DNA of 64,000 nt from Chlorokybus atmophyticus. Lineage: Eukaryota; Plantae; Mesostigma and Chlorokybus algae. Under the pieces are notes generated by a model. It searched no databases. It was not told the DNA's origin and worked only from the letters and a program-made list of their open reading frames with translations. Both the position numbers and the translations under genes were made by a program. The stretch spans positions 430,650-494,649 of the forward strand of contig RHPI01000193.1 in assembly GCA_009103225.1 (NCBI GenBank), read 5' to 3'. How positions within the stretch are numbered: position 1 is the stretch's first letter; each line of letters begins with the position of its first letter. Below are positions 22,583 through 37,600 of the stretch, piece by piece.

Positions 22583-23999
22583 CTAGAAGTCGATCTCGTC
22601 CTCATTCTTGCCTTGCACTCTCATCACCAGCCGCTGCAACCAGTTGGGTCGTCGGGTGAAGACAACCTTCGATGAGCGGTATTTGCTCCCGTACCCCGCG
22701 CCGTAACCCCAGCCCAAACCCAACCCAATGCCGCACCCGCCGCCTGCATGGCCACATGTGACGATGCAATACTGGGTTGTAGGCATGCAGGCTGGTCATT
22801 GGAACATGCGATCCTGCATGGGATGATGTGCGCATGCGCTTGTGCGTGTGTGGGCGTGTAAGTGTGTTAGTGTGTGTGCGTACATGTGCGGATGTACGCA
22901 CACACGCATGCGCATGTGCGTGCGTGCAACTGATTGTGCATGTGTGTGTGCGCATGTGCCTACACCCGTGCGTTGCTGTTCCTGTGCCTACATGCATGTG
23001 TGTGCACGAGTGGGAGTGCATGTGCATGCCAATGTGTATGCATGGCCGGGAGCACATGCAAACCATGATAACGCCTCAGTGAGAGAAGAGCCAACCTTCT
23101 CCCACAACTGATACAACCAACCTCAACAGATGCGCTGGTGTCAACCAGGCATGCGAATCAACACATGTACAACCGCGATTACCTGCGCCCATGCCAAGGG
23201 TGTTCAAAGGCGCTCCTGCAAATGCATAAGGTGTCACGTAAGGAAAAGGAGCAAACACTAGAGGACAGACCAATCATGCAAAGTTGTGTGCCCTGCCTAT
23301 GCTCCACAAGAAGTTGCTGCTCATATGTAATGCCACTCATGTTGAACATGCTCCTGATGGTGACACAAACGACTGCTATGAACACAACATGAGAAAACGA
23401 GAGTCAGAAAACCGTGCTAGTAACAGTGTTGAAACCAGTTGCAAGGTCTTGCTCTAAGCATGACCATACAATTACACAAATATAGGGACACGTTCTGGTG
23501 AATGGTAACTATGAGCTTACCACCGAAGCCCCAGCCGACTCCAAAGCCGCAGCCAACACCAAACCCTGATCCACCACAGCACCGCACAACACTCAGTCAA
23601 TGAGTGAGTCAGTCATTTGGTTCCTTATCGTGACACAAACAAACGGGAAAACAAGCTGCAGACTGCGTGCACGCAGCAGCTAACAATGCAGCTACTGAAC
23701 GAATGAAAAAGTGCAAACAAGTTCTGCTGGTCACACATGTATCCGATAGTCACACATGCACAAACTAGTACGGGTTGTGTTGCATGTGTACTTGTGGTCC
23801 ATCAAAATCTTTTGCTTCATTGCAACGTCAACAGAAAACGGCAGCGTAACCACCTCTATACGCACAAAAGGTACATACAAAGCGAACTTAACACCAACGC
23901 CATCCACAACGAGACGACAATGCAACCAGCATGCATATGATGTGAAAACGCTGCCGCACCCACGCCGACGCCTGTTCCCAGGAACGTCCCGATCGCCAT
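22583..23999 (-). CDS. TGD5: Trigalactosyldiacylglycerol 5-like small glycine-rich plastid envelope protein, 4 exons
   Basis: Spliced [14 protein letters not shown]|[15 protein letters not shown]|[11 protein letters not shown]|[28 protein letters not shown]...IDF*; closely follows the Arabidopsis TGD5 [22 protein letters not shown]...GSHYRSS pattern. Confidence 0.9.
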
Positions 24000-24411
24000 G
24001 AGCGCCTGCCCGAGGACAACGACAATAACGTCGACGCCAACGAGGATGGCAACACCGGCACCACAACCGCCACCGCAGGCTGAAAGCGCTGTTTTTTGCC
24101 GCCCTTAATTTGAAAGCTCAAGCGTACACTTGCACAGCTTTCGGCGTCGGCGGCGGTGCGGGCGGCCTGGACGTCCTTGCAACCAGGCTAGTCGTCATCA
24201 TCCTCGTGGTCGCCTGCTTCATTAGCGCCGTCGTAGTCGCCGCCAGCCCAAGACCCAGCAGGAAAACCCACCCGCTGCTCCACATCCTCCTTGGCAACTC
24301 CTTTCCCTCCACCTGGTGCTGCTCCTCCTCCTCCTCCTCCTCCCCCTAGTTGTCTTCCACCTCCAGTTCACCCACCACTCCTCCCTCTCCTCCCCTCCCC
24401 TCCTCCCAGCC

Positions 24412-26240
24412 ATGTCCGGCATCGCCCGCGGCCGCCTCATGCAGGAGCGCAAGTCGTGGCGCAAAGACCACCCCTTCGGCTTCGTCGCGCGACTGGCGGA
24501 GGAAGCCGACGGGAGCCAGAACGTGTTCAAGTGGGAGTGCCGCATACCGGGGAAGAAAGGGGTAAGAGAGAGAGTGTGTGTATTGGGTTGTCTTTCTGTC
24601 TGCTTGGAGTGTTTCGAAACACGTGATTGTCATTGAGTTGCACCGAGTTACTCAGGCCACTCGCACAAACCCATGCGCTTCGTGTGTTGTTTGTTCAAAT
24701 GTCCGTATGCATGTCCTTTGTGTGCATGTGCAGTACTAGCTGAGGAGAGTAAAAGAAAGAGGCATAAGTGAATTGCTGACAGAGATGCTCTTGACTTGGC
24801 AAGGAGCGAAGTTCTGTTTGTGCGTTTACTTATGACCAGCCAAGGCGGTAAAAACAGGTGCTTGCATCGTAGGATGCAAGCATTATCGGATAGCAAGTGC
24901 AATGCATTGAGTAGGGACATGCGCTTGTGTCGAAGAACCAAACCTTTAGACACACAAATGCATATTTCGGTTATGTTGCGCTACAAGGACACAATTGGCA
25001 TGCAGGGAGAGACGCGTCAAACACAACGACATCAAAGAGTAGTTGTGGTTGACACTTACTTCTCCATGTCGCTTGTTATGGTGCCTTACTCTTGAGTTGT
25101 CAACAGAGCCTACAGAATAGACACACACACTTATTATGCAAACAAGTTTCCCTAGATGCATTTTACTGTATCACTCTTCAGCCCACTTTTCCTCTCCTGT
25201 GATCGTTACATTTATGCGGCAGTTTATAAGCACCCCTCCACCCTCTTATGTATTGCTCTCTCGTGTGTGTCTTTACTTGCTCTCATCTGTTGTTTCATTC
25301 TTGTTTAGTCTTTCTGTGAGTACTTTTGCAGCGTTTTTCTCTCATCTGGCACAGTGACTTGTTTCAGTCCAACAACAACAAAAGACACCAACACATGTGG
25401 CTGCGCATCGCTTTGTCAGTTGATTGTCCGTGTGTTGTTGTAATGCAGCAACATGTTGGGATGCACCAACATGTTATACAGTAACATATTGTTCTTTGGT
25501 AGACTCCGTGGGAGGGCGGCTCGTACCCGTTGACGCTCACTTTCACCGAAGACTACCCAAGCAAGCCGCCGAAATGCTCGTTTGATCCCAGCTTCTTCCA
25601 TCCTAATGTCTACCCTTCCGGAAAGGTGCGTGGCATTATAAATAATATTTGATCTGGACAAACAGCCGCTGATAGCGTTTGTCGTGATTTGCTGGCTGGC
25701 GATGCAAATGATGGTGCTGCGCATGTGTGCTACGAGTGTTTATTGTGCTGTTTCTGTGCAGGTGTGTTTGAGCATTATTGATGAAGAGAAGGGCTGGAAG
25801 CCTTCCATTAGTATCAAGCAGGTGAGTTGCTTGTGTACTTGATTGTTCGATGTGTGTCTGCAACTGCAGCACCGCCTGCATGGTTGCAGCTGGCTTGTTA
25901 GTCTCAAACGCTCATGTGTGGGGTTAGTCTTTGCTGGCGTTGTGCGCACGGGTGTTGCTTGTGTCAAGTGCTTGTGGCGGACACTACTAACGTCATGTTC
26001 TTTCAGATATTGTTGGGTATCCAAGACCTGCTATCAAACCCGAACCCGATGGACCCCGCACAAGAACTCCCCTACCGGTTATATGTGTAAGCAGACTTAT
26101 TGTACTGATACAACCACACACACATGCTTGACTTGAAGGTATTCTTGTGTTTATTGGTTGATCTCTTCGTCAGACATCAACCAGCCGAATACGAGCGTAA
26201 AGTCCTTGAGCAGTCCAAGCGATACCCTCCGGAGCATTGA
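24412..26240 (+). CDS. SCE1: SUMO-conjugating enzyme E2, 5 exons
   Basis: [24 protein letters not shown]...[11 protein letters not shown]|TPWEGG...[10 protein letters not shown]|VCLSII...WKPSISIKQ|[19 protein letters not shown]...; catalytic Cys intact (UBC9 orthologue). Confidence 0.97.
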
Positions 26241-26921
26241 TGACCCCAAGCATGCGCTGGTGGTGAGACCATTGAGAGCCATCACAACCACATCAAACAC
26301 ACCATTTGCAGCTTAGCATGCCGTCTGATCCAAAGTACGAAGGGAATGCATGCAGTTAACAGGTTGTGACGGTTGGCTGTGCACATGGACAATTATTTGT
26401 CTGTAGTCGGCTAGTTGCAAGAGGCACTTATGACATGAGTTGTACATAGAATCATACCTTGCAAAGCAGCGACTTGTGCCAATTATTGCACATGCCTTTA
26501 CTGCCAGCTGGCAGTACTTCGCAACCAGCTGTACAACTAGTCACACCTTCAGCTGCACAGTTGATTGATTTGTGTTGTATATGCATGTGAAAAGAAATTG
26601 CATCATGGCTCTCATCGCAGGACTTTTGGTATACAGCTTCCTCGCAATGCATTACACAGTAACATTTGAGCGTAGCGACATTGCACATTCAGTAAGTACC
26701 GATGCTGCAGCACCAGTTGTTGGCAATAGCAACTATGCGCATGCGAGAAGTACGAAAAGAAATACGCCGATTTGGGGTTTCTGGAGGGACCTCACCTGGA
26801 CACAAACGGTTTGACATTTGCAATCAACAGGGCATCACAGCTTGATAATCACGCGCACCTTTCGCTGTACAAACATATACATACCCACTACACATCTATA
26901 AACATCACTCTCCCCCTCCCC

Positions 26922-27391
26922 NNNNNNNNNNNNNNNNNNNNNNNNNNNNNNNNNNNNNNNNNNNNNNNNNNNNNNNNNNNNNNNNNNNNNNNNNNNNNNN
27001 NNNNNNNNNNNNNNNNNNNNNNNNNNNNNNNNNNNNNNNNNNNNNNNNNNNNNNNNNNNNNNNNNNNNNNNNNNNNNNNNNNNNNNNNNNNNNNNNNNNN
27101 NNNNNNNNNNNNNNNNNNNNNNNNNNNNNNNNNNNNNNNNNNNNNNNNNNNNNNNNNNNNNNNNNNNNNNNNNNNNNNNNNNNNNNNNNNNNNNNNNNNN
27201 NNNNNNNNNNNNNNNNNNNNNNNNNNNNNNNNNNNNNNNNNNNNNNNNNNNNNNNNNNNNNNNNNNNNNNNNNNNNNNNNNNNNNNNNNNNNNNNNNNNN
27301 NNNNNNNNNNNNNNNNNNNNNNNNNNNNNNNNNNNNNNNNNNNNNNNNNNNNNNNNNNNNNNNNNNNNNNNNNNNNNNNNNNNNNNNNNNN
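26922..27391. other. Assembly gap (470 N) flanked by CT-rich sequence
   Basis: N run; it probably hides the stop codon of the DUF1757 gene. Confidence 0.99.
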
Positions 27392-29648
<2,257 letters not shown>

Positions 29649-29908
29649 GATGGGAGAGAGAGAAGGGAGGGGGTGTTGGTGTGGTTGTTGTTGTGTGCGA
29701 GGAGTGGGAGGAGGTGGGTCATGTCGTCGTCATCGTCGCCGCCCGCTCGTCGTTGCGCATGTCGCTCAACGGTCTGCGCTGAGTAATTGCATGCAAGTTC
29801 CCATAGCAGCCTGTCCGTGCTTGGCAGGCGCGTCACGCGTACGGACGCCGGCAATTTTTGGCAGGTTTCATCAGGAGCAAAACGTTTTGCATGCATGGGT
29901 GAATAAAA

Positions 29909-29982
29909 CGCTCCGAGCAGGGATCGAACCTGCGACCTTACGGTTAACAGCCGTACGCTCTAACCAACTGAGCTACCAGAGC
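29909..29982 (-). tRNA. trnN-GTT: tRNA-Asn (GTT), intronless
   Basis: GCTCTGG TA GCTC AGTTGGTTA GAGC G TACGG CT GTT AA CCGTA AGGTC GCAGG TTCGATC CCTGC TCGGAGC G; TTTT terminator directly downstream; CAA and an AT-rich tract upstream. Confidence 0.97.
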
Positions 29983-31189
29983 AATTGCTGCTGGATTCAG
30001 CGGAAGTAAAATAAATAAAAAAATAACTTAATAAAGCGCCGGTGTCAGAGGCGTGGTCGGCGGTGTGGGTGTTGTTGTGGGTGGCGCCTTGGGTGGCGGC
30101 CTTGTCCCGAAGTGGTGATGCTGTTCTTTGCTACTTTTCTTTTTGCAAATGTTAGTGAGCTGCGCTTGAGCTTTGCCTCTTGGCGGCGGTGCCACGCACG
30201 CGCGGAAGGCAGTGTTTGACAACGACGACGACGTTGTCCTCCTCGGGGACATCCGTAGTGACAACCTAAGCGACCACACCAGCTGGTGGTCATGGAGCAG
30301 AGTGGCGACAGGTCGGAGTCGCCCTCTCGAGGCTGGCGCAGGACGCCCGGCGTGGCACGCCGAAAGCTCGCACCAGGTCTGTGCTGCACCTGCTTGCTGG
30401 CTTGCTTGCTCGAGCAGCGCTTACAACAAAACCCTAGCCTAGTATAATTGAATAAAAACTCAATTGCACAATGCCAGTTGTTGCATAGCAATTGCCTATG
30501 CCACAACTACCCTACTTGCAGCTGCTGTTCATACAATTAGTCACGCTTTGATTCCATGATGAATTACTTGAGTGGTCTTTCTGTTCTTGTGGCATCGCAA
30601 GCAAAGCTGTATGATTGCAATGTGATTGCACATAAATGTGGTTTCGTGCTGCTTGTATAGTTGGGCTGTGTGAATTGCCAGTGCACAGCTTACTTTGTTG
30701 GCTTCGTGCATAAGTTCTCGTCAACTGAAGGCTGTTTGGTACTACAAAACGCTGAGTACATGCAGCTCAAGGAGATTGCTGTCAAGCACATCGCAAGCTC
30801 ATCAAGACTTCAAAGCGCTGGAATGTATTTCCATCATGCATGCGCAATAAGGTCCAATATACAGCATTGTTTATTACCTGTCGCGCATGTCTTTCAAAAT
30901 GCAAGGTTCTCATCAACATTCCAGATATGGTTCCACAATTGCAATGACAAGGCATCTGCGTGGAATGTTCATAGCAACGAACATGGATGCTAGTACCTCA
31001 CTGTTGGTGAGGTGTTTGCTTCCACGCGCTTGCAACAAATCTGCTCGTGTATAATGGATCAGCGCACAACGCAGATGGGATAAACATTGTGTTATGTGTC
31101 AACACAACAGTACGCATCGTGCCTTACATTGTTGGCGTCATTCCGCAAACCAACCAGTATCTCTTGGTTTGTTGGCTTTGTGTGCAGCA

Positions 31190-33848
31190 ATGCCAGTGGC
31201 GAGGCGTTTGCGCGCACGGCACTCGAGCGAGAGCGACGATCCCACGCGCGCGACGAGCGACGAGTGGCTGGGGACGAGCGATGACTACAGCTCATTCAGC
31301 GAACGTGACGACCCTGTGCCATCCGTGCCAGGTGTGCACATATGCATGCGCGCATGCGCAGGCCCGTACGCATACACACAAAACCATATAAGCAGGCCCG
31401 CACACACGCACGCATGCTCTTATGCATTCACGCACATGCTTGCGCTTGCACTCGTATACATGCACACGCACATAGACTCTGCATTTGACTGCATGCACAT
31501 GCACACGAACGAACACTTTCAACCACAGAAGTGCATACAGTGTGTCATTGCACTTGTATTGGGCCTCCTGTTGGACTTTGGATGGTTGAGAAGATAGGCC
31601 GTGCCATGCATGCAGAATAAATAGATGCGATGTTTGTCAGCAAGGGAGGATGCTTAGCTGGTTCCATTGCTTTACATGCTGCTAGAAATGAGTGGAATCT
31701 GATCTCCATAGCTCCAAAGTTTTTCCAGCAACACTTACAACTTTCATCAAAGTGTCTTAGTGCCCAAACACCTTGTGGTATTGCGGCAACACCATGTCAA
31801 CCCCGCGTGACATTGCGCACGCAATGACCCGAGTGTTGTGTGGGTCAACATGCATTCATCATGCGTTGAACAATTTGTTGGGCTTTCTTGCAGAGGAGGA
31901 TGAGGAACTGCCATCAAGTTCAGCTCAGAACCAAGACGAAGAGTTGCCGAGCGACACGCTAGCGGCTTTGCACTTGCTTCGCGCCCAGTTCCCTCGCTTA
32001 CAGAATGTATGCACACACGCACGCTCACATTACCTCTATCAATGCCAGCTTTAGGGGTAGTTGTTGTCGCTGTCGTTTCTCTTGACTTGTGACAAATGTA
32101 ATGTCCTTTGCAGGTGTTTGTCTGCCCGCTTATTCTTCGCACGCAGATTTATAGCATTGTACAGGATAGGACAGCTGTGGACCGCGCACTTGAGGTAAGG
32201 TGTGCATGTGTGTGAGTACCTGTTTGCGTGCGTGGGCAAGTGTGCGCAAGTGTGCGGGCATGTGTGTATAAGCTGTACACGCGTGTGTGTACATGTGTGC
32301 GTGTGCATACAAGTATGCGCATGTCCTATTGACAGCAGGTTTTGCATGTGTTTGTCACAGTCACTTTTCATTGATGCTTTGTTTATCGTCTCCTGAATGC
32401 ATTGTAGTATAGAGTGTAGTTGTGTGCTTGTTGGATCTACTTCACTGAGTTTTCGTCTATATGCAGGATCTGAGGCTGCGAAATATGATACGGCTTTTCA
32501 AGCTGTCGACCAGTAACGACGATTACGCAGCTGTGCTCAATGAAGACTACGTTGAACAGGTCTAGGAATGTTGTATCATCTCCAATTGTGTGAATGTTGC
32601 CATGTGTCACCATAAGTTAACAATATGTGGCCATCTGTAAACAGGTTAGGAGGGCTAAGGAGGCGGCCAAAGCCAAGGATTCAAAAGGGCACATTGAGGT
32701 GTTTGATTGGTTCCTGCAGCGGCTGTTGCCGGAATGCGTGGACGTCAGCATCAATTATGGAGATCTGGTAAGGAGGCAATGCCCTATGTGCGTGCGCGCG
32801 CGCGCGTGTGCGTGTTCATTCAAATTGTCATGAGCATTACCTAGTTTGCGCCTATCTTTTAAGCCTCATTTCAATCTGTTGTCCAAGTGAACTTATTGGT
32901 GCATGCAGATAAGGCTATTGTCGCGTGGCGGAGACGCCGTCAAAGAGGATCACGTGACACTGCTTATCAACCATGGCTTGCTGGTGAGTACCTCCCTCAC
33001 TTGACGCACACCACATTGCGTATCATAATCTCATTCATGACCTTGGTACTCTAGATGCAGCCAAGTGTATATAGATCATTGAGATTAGTTTACAGATACC
33101 ATGTGGTCAGCGTTTACATTGTGCAGGTGCGGCAACTGGCGGATACGGGGTCCTTCTGGTTCGCTATTCCAAGCGTAGGACCTGTGCTGAAAAGCATTCT
33201 TAAGGTTTGTCACCACACAACAGCAACATGACACGTCGCTGACTTCGTCGTGCTTTACTGATGCTTTTTCTTGTCAGTTCACGCTGATTTGACATAAACA
33301 AAGTATTGCTCGACTATTCTTGCTCAGCTATGTGTGCACTTAGAAGTGCTCATGGAACTGATGGAACTGATGAGATGTTTTTGTTCCTATCAGGGCCGGC
33401 AAGAGCTGACTGGTATGCTTGCAAGGCGGCGATATCGAGAGATGCTTCAGGTAAGGCATTGCAATGTACACACACAGCCCCGAGTGTGCCCACGCCCTCT
33501 CTCTATATATATATCATGTTAATGGTTATTTCTTTTACGCCTCCTACTGTGAAGCTGCCTACCATCATTCCTTGGAATTATACAAACTTCCTCTAAATAT
33601 TGCCACTGATACCCCCCATACCATTACCTCTTGCATACTACGCTTCCTGCTAGATTGTTCCCACTTCTGCTACTGAGCTTCTGTCTGCTACTCACTTGCT
33701 GTATCCTATGCAGACGGACATCGAGAAGAAGAAGTTGAGGTACTCTGTCCTGGGCGCCCGCTTCCACATGCGCGACATGATGGGTTCCGGCGTGCTGCTG
33801 GCCACTCCAACAACCGTCGGCCCCCTCATGCGCCTCGCGCGGCCGTGA
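31190..33848 (+). CDS. STK19: STK19-family winged-helix repair factor, ~9 exons (start uncertain)
   Basis: LPSDTLAALHLLRAQFP; PLILRTQIYSIVQDRTAVDRALE; LINHGLL; SFWFAIPSVG; GRQELTGMLARRRYREMLQ; LRYSVLGARFHMRDMMGSG. Confidence 0.88.
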
Positions 33849-34610
33849 CAATTGTTTGAGTGCGTTGTGCGTGCGTGTGTTGTGCGTGTTGTGTCTGCGA
33901 GGAATTGTGTAGCTACAGGTGTGAGTAGGTACAGCAGCATCAACAGGGATAGTGAATGGAAAATTGGATTTCGGCTATACTGTGCTCCAGGTGTGACCAA
34001 CCTACCACTGCTGCATGCGTGATAGATGTTGCAGTTCATTGTACGCTGTTGCAATTGTGTTTGTATGTTTTGTGCGCCCCAGCTCATAACACACAAGAGT
34101 TGCGGTAAAGCAAACTCTAAGAGTGGTTACAGTGCAAGTGCAACCATAAATAACAAGATAACAAGCCGACAACAAGCCAGCAATGTCAGTGGGGGCCAAG
34201 ACAGAGTTCAACGCTAGGACTGCAACTGGACCTCGCGACCCTCAGGCAACAGGGTGGGTGTGGGCGCAAGGGCATGGAGATAACAAGCGTCATCTGAAGC
34301 TCCACACCGCGCACCACAGAACTGTGTTGCACATCCCAGTGGAGTGTAGCAGACACTCTGCAACCACAGACACAAAGCTGATTGCCTTTTTTTTAAAGAA
34401 TGTGTATTCGAACAACATTCACAAACGACATGGTTCATCAGCGCTGTTGGTGCCAGCGTGGACTAACAGTGCCTACCTACCACTACTCTACCTACGCAAC
34501 TGGAACCTAGATATATACAACTCGTGTCACACACACGCACACACAACTTTACCTACGCACAAACCCAATACCACAACACAATTCATGAGCAAAAACACAA
34601 TGCCATTCAT

Positions 34611-37600
34611 TCAGTCTCCGGCCTTGGGAGTGCCAAAGGTTGAGCGCAGGGAGGATGAATGTTGGGATGACGAAGAAGGCGCAGCAAGTCTTGACACAAT
34701 TGTTTGTATAGCCTCGCGTGCACACGCCTCGAGGCCGGGATCGGCTCGGCACCAAAAGTCCGCAAGATGGCGGCACATGCGGGCGTCTCTCCTCGCCCAC
34801 ACGCAACTTGAGCACATCGCCAGCGCCCGCAGCCCCAAGCGCAACACGCGCGGATGGTGAGCCCATGGAAAGTGCGTGATTTCCAACACACTGCATACAC
34901 GCACACACGCGTTGGCTTCGTGCTCAATGGCAACATGACGCGCACAGCAACACACACACAAGCACACGCGCGGACACACACGCGCACGCACACGCCTGGA
35001 TGCATGCGGGCGCACACATGCATATTGGGTGAGCATCATGCACACTCATACAAAATCTGCACACAAGATGAGCCATCCTCTCACCCTCGAACAAACTCGT
35101 GTCCTCCCGTTTGCCCGATCGCGCAATCTCCCGCAAGTTCCGCCAACTCAATAATAAGTTGAAACAGCAGCGCCGCCACTCTACTCGCACTCAAATCATT
35201 ATTGTTTCCCCTTCCCGCCATTTGCATGTGCTGTTGCTGCTGTGTATCATACCCACATATCAACCCATGCGCAGCTTGCAGCATCTGCCTCCATGCCTCA
35301 TCTTCATCCACCACCCTCGCCAGCAACTTCTGTCTCAGATGTGGCAAATGCGGCTTCGGGTGCGCCGTCCTACACATCACCCCATCATGTGCCGGACACG
35401 TACGTAGACACAACGCGCCCAGCACGTCGCACACGTTGGCTACCGCGAGTCTATGTTGGTGTAACAACCAACTCGGCCAGTCATCGAAACCGGTAAAGCC
35501 GCCTAAGTGACACTCGTTGCGACAGAGGGAGAGTTTGGGGACTTCGGATGCGATGGAGAGGAGAGAACAGATCAAGTCGGTGTTGGGTAAGGAGGAGGAG
35601 AGGATGTTGTCGGAGGGTAAGAGGGCGGCACGCAGTTGGGACTCTTGGTCGGTTGTTAGCGCCGGCAGCGTGCTGAGACCTGAGTTGAGATACGTTGGAG
35701 GTGAGGATAGCCCACATGAGTACACGTGCACGCCCACATCCACACAAGCACACAGCCGCTTACCACAACAAACGTACAAACACGAACACGCGCGTGCGCG
35801 TGTATGTGCGCAGAAAGGTTGTGTGTGCGTGCACGCACACACAGCGAAAAGGGTTACCACAACTGCAAATCGCCGGAGCAGAATATGCTGCTTTTACAGT
35901 GCACACAATAACTTGTAACGCTGAAAATTAGACCTGTGCATACAGTGAGTATGTGGTACCGTATGTCAAGCAATGATGACGTCACCAGTCCTCCGCTACA
36001 AGTGCATTCATCAACAGCTTTCCAATACCTGCCAGTGCTGCCGCCAGCGTATGCAGCGTCTCTGTCCTCATCCTCATCCGCTCGAACCCCCGCGCCCGGA
36101 AGCGGCACTCCGTCACGTGCGCGCGCGCGGCGTAGTAGTACGCCAGACGGGAGTGGGACAGGGAGGAGGAGCGGTCGCTGCGCATGAGGAGGTAACCGAG
36201 CTCCCTGACGAGAGAGAGAGGAGAGTGGAGGTTGGTACTTGTGGTACAGTGACTGCAGACACAGTGTGTGTGTGTGGGGGACCAGAGCAATTGCTGCTGG
36301 ATTCAGCGGAAGTAAAATAAATAAAAAAATAACTTAATAAAGCGCCGGTGTCAGNGGCGCGCGTGCGTGCGTGGGTGTCCTTGCGTGTAGGCATGCATGT
36401 GGGTGCGCGCGTGCTATCACGCGTGTGTGTGCGTGTTGAGTACTGGGTGCGTATGTGTTGCCACTCGGGTGTGCCTTGCGCGTGCATGCGCATGCGTGCA
36501 CATGTGTGCGTGCACGTACGCAAATGTGCGTGCGCGCGTGCGTGTGGATGTGTGTAAGTGCATGCGTGTGCACCTTGCGCGCATGGTGTTGAGCTCCTTC
36601 AGCGTCATCCCGCTCCCCTCCCCCTCCCCCGTCCCCTCGCTCCTCTCTAATCCCACGAGCCCCTCCGCCGCCAGCTTCACCGCCCCGCACGCCAGCAGCG
36701 CGCACGCCATCTCGCACTTGCGCGCGGGACCGAGCTGGGCCGCGAGGTCCTGGAGCTGACCCAACACGGCGCAAGCACGCGCGGGAACCATACCGGAGAA
36801 GGTGTTTTGGCTAGTGTCGTTGTTGTTGGAGAACTTGTGCCAAAGGGAGACAACTACTTGCGGGGTCCTTGCAATGATGGCCTGATGGACAACACACACA
36901 CACGCACACACTCGCGTGAGGAAAGGGGATGCATATGTAAGGTTGTTGGCGATATAGGTTACAGAAGTTCACCTCATCTAATTGGACGCGCTTTTCTTGT
37001 GTCAGGAAGTCCTCGGCGTCCGGGCCATCGGGAGTCAGCGCGCTCAAGCCGTAGATGTACATCTCGAGTGCGAGCAACAACCGCAACACCTGTCATGACC
37101 ATGTGTGTGTGTTGCATGCATGCAGACATATATGTAATTACAGCTGCGCTTGCACACACGTGCATGCACATGCGATGCGTGAAGCGTGTGTGCAGTTGCA
37201 CTGTGCTTGTGTATGTGTGCGTGCCTGCATGCGTGTGCGTGTGTGTATGCGTGCATGTTCGTGTGTGTGCACACGCGCAGGTGTCTTCGCGTGCGCGTGT
37301 ATGCGCACATCTGCAACGTTACAACACCATCCCCAACCTCACCTGGCTCTCATCCCCCTTCCTCCCCTCCCTCTCCACCATCCCCGTGATCAACCTTATC
37401 GTCCCATGCGACAGGTCCACGCTGCTCCACGGGCTGTTGTGCGGATTCGGATCGTGTGGCACGTCGAGCGCGTGCGCCGACGCGTGCGAGTCATCTAACC
37501 CGCCGCAGAGCTTCTCGACGGCGGTCAAGACGTCGTTCCATAGTTGTGGGAGTAAGTCTGGTCTGATTGAGGGTTGGGTGGGGGTGTTGGGGGTGGGGGT

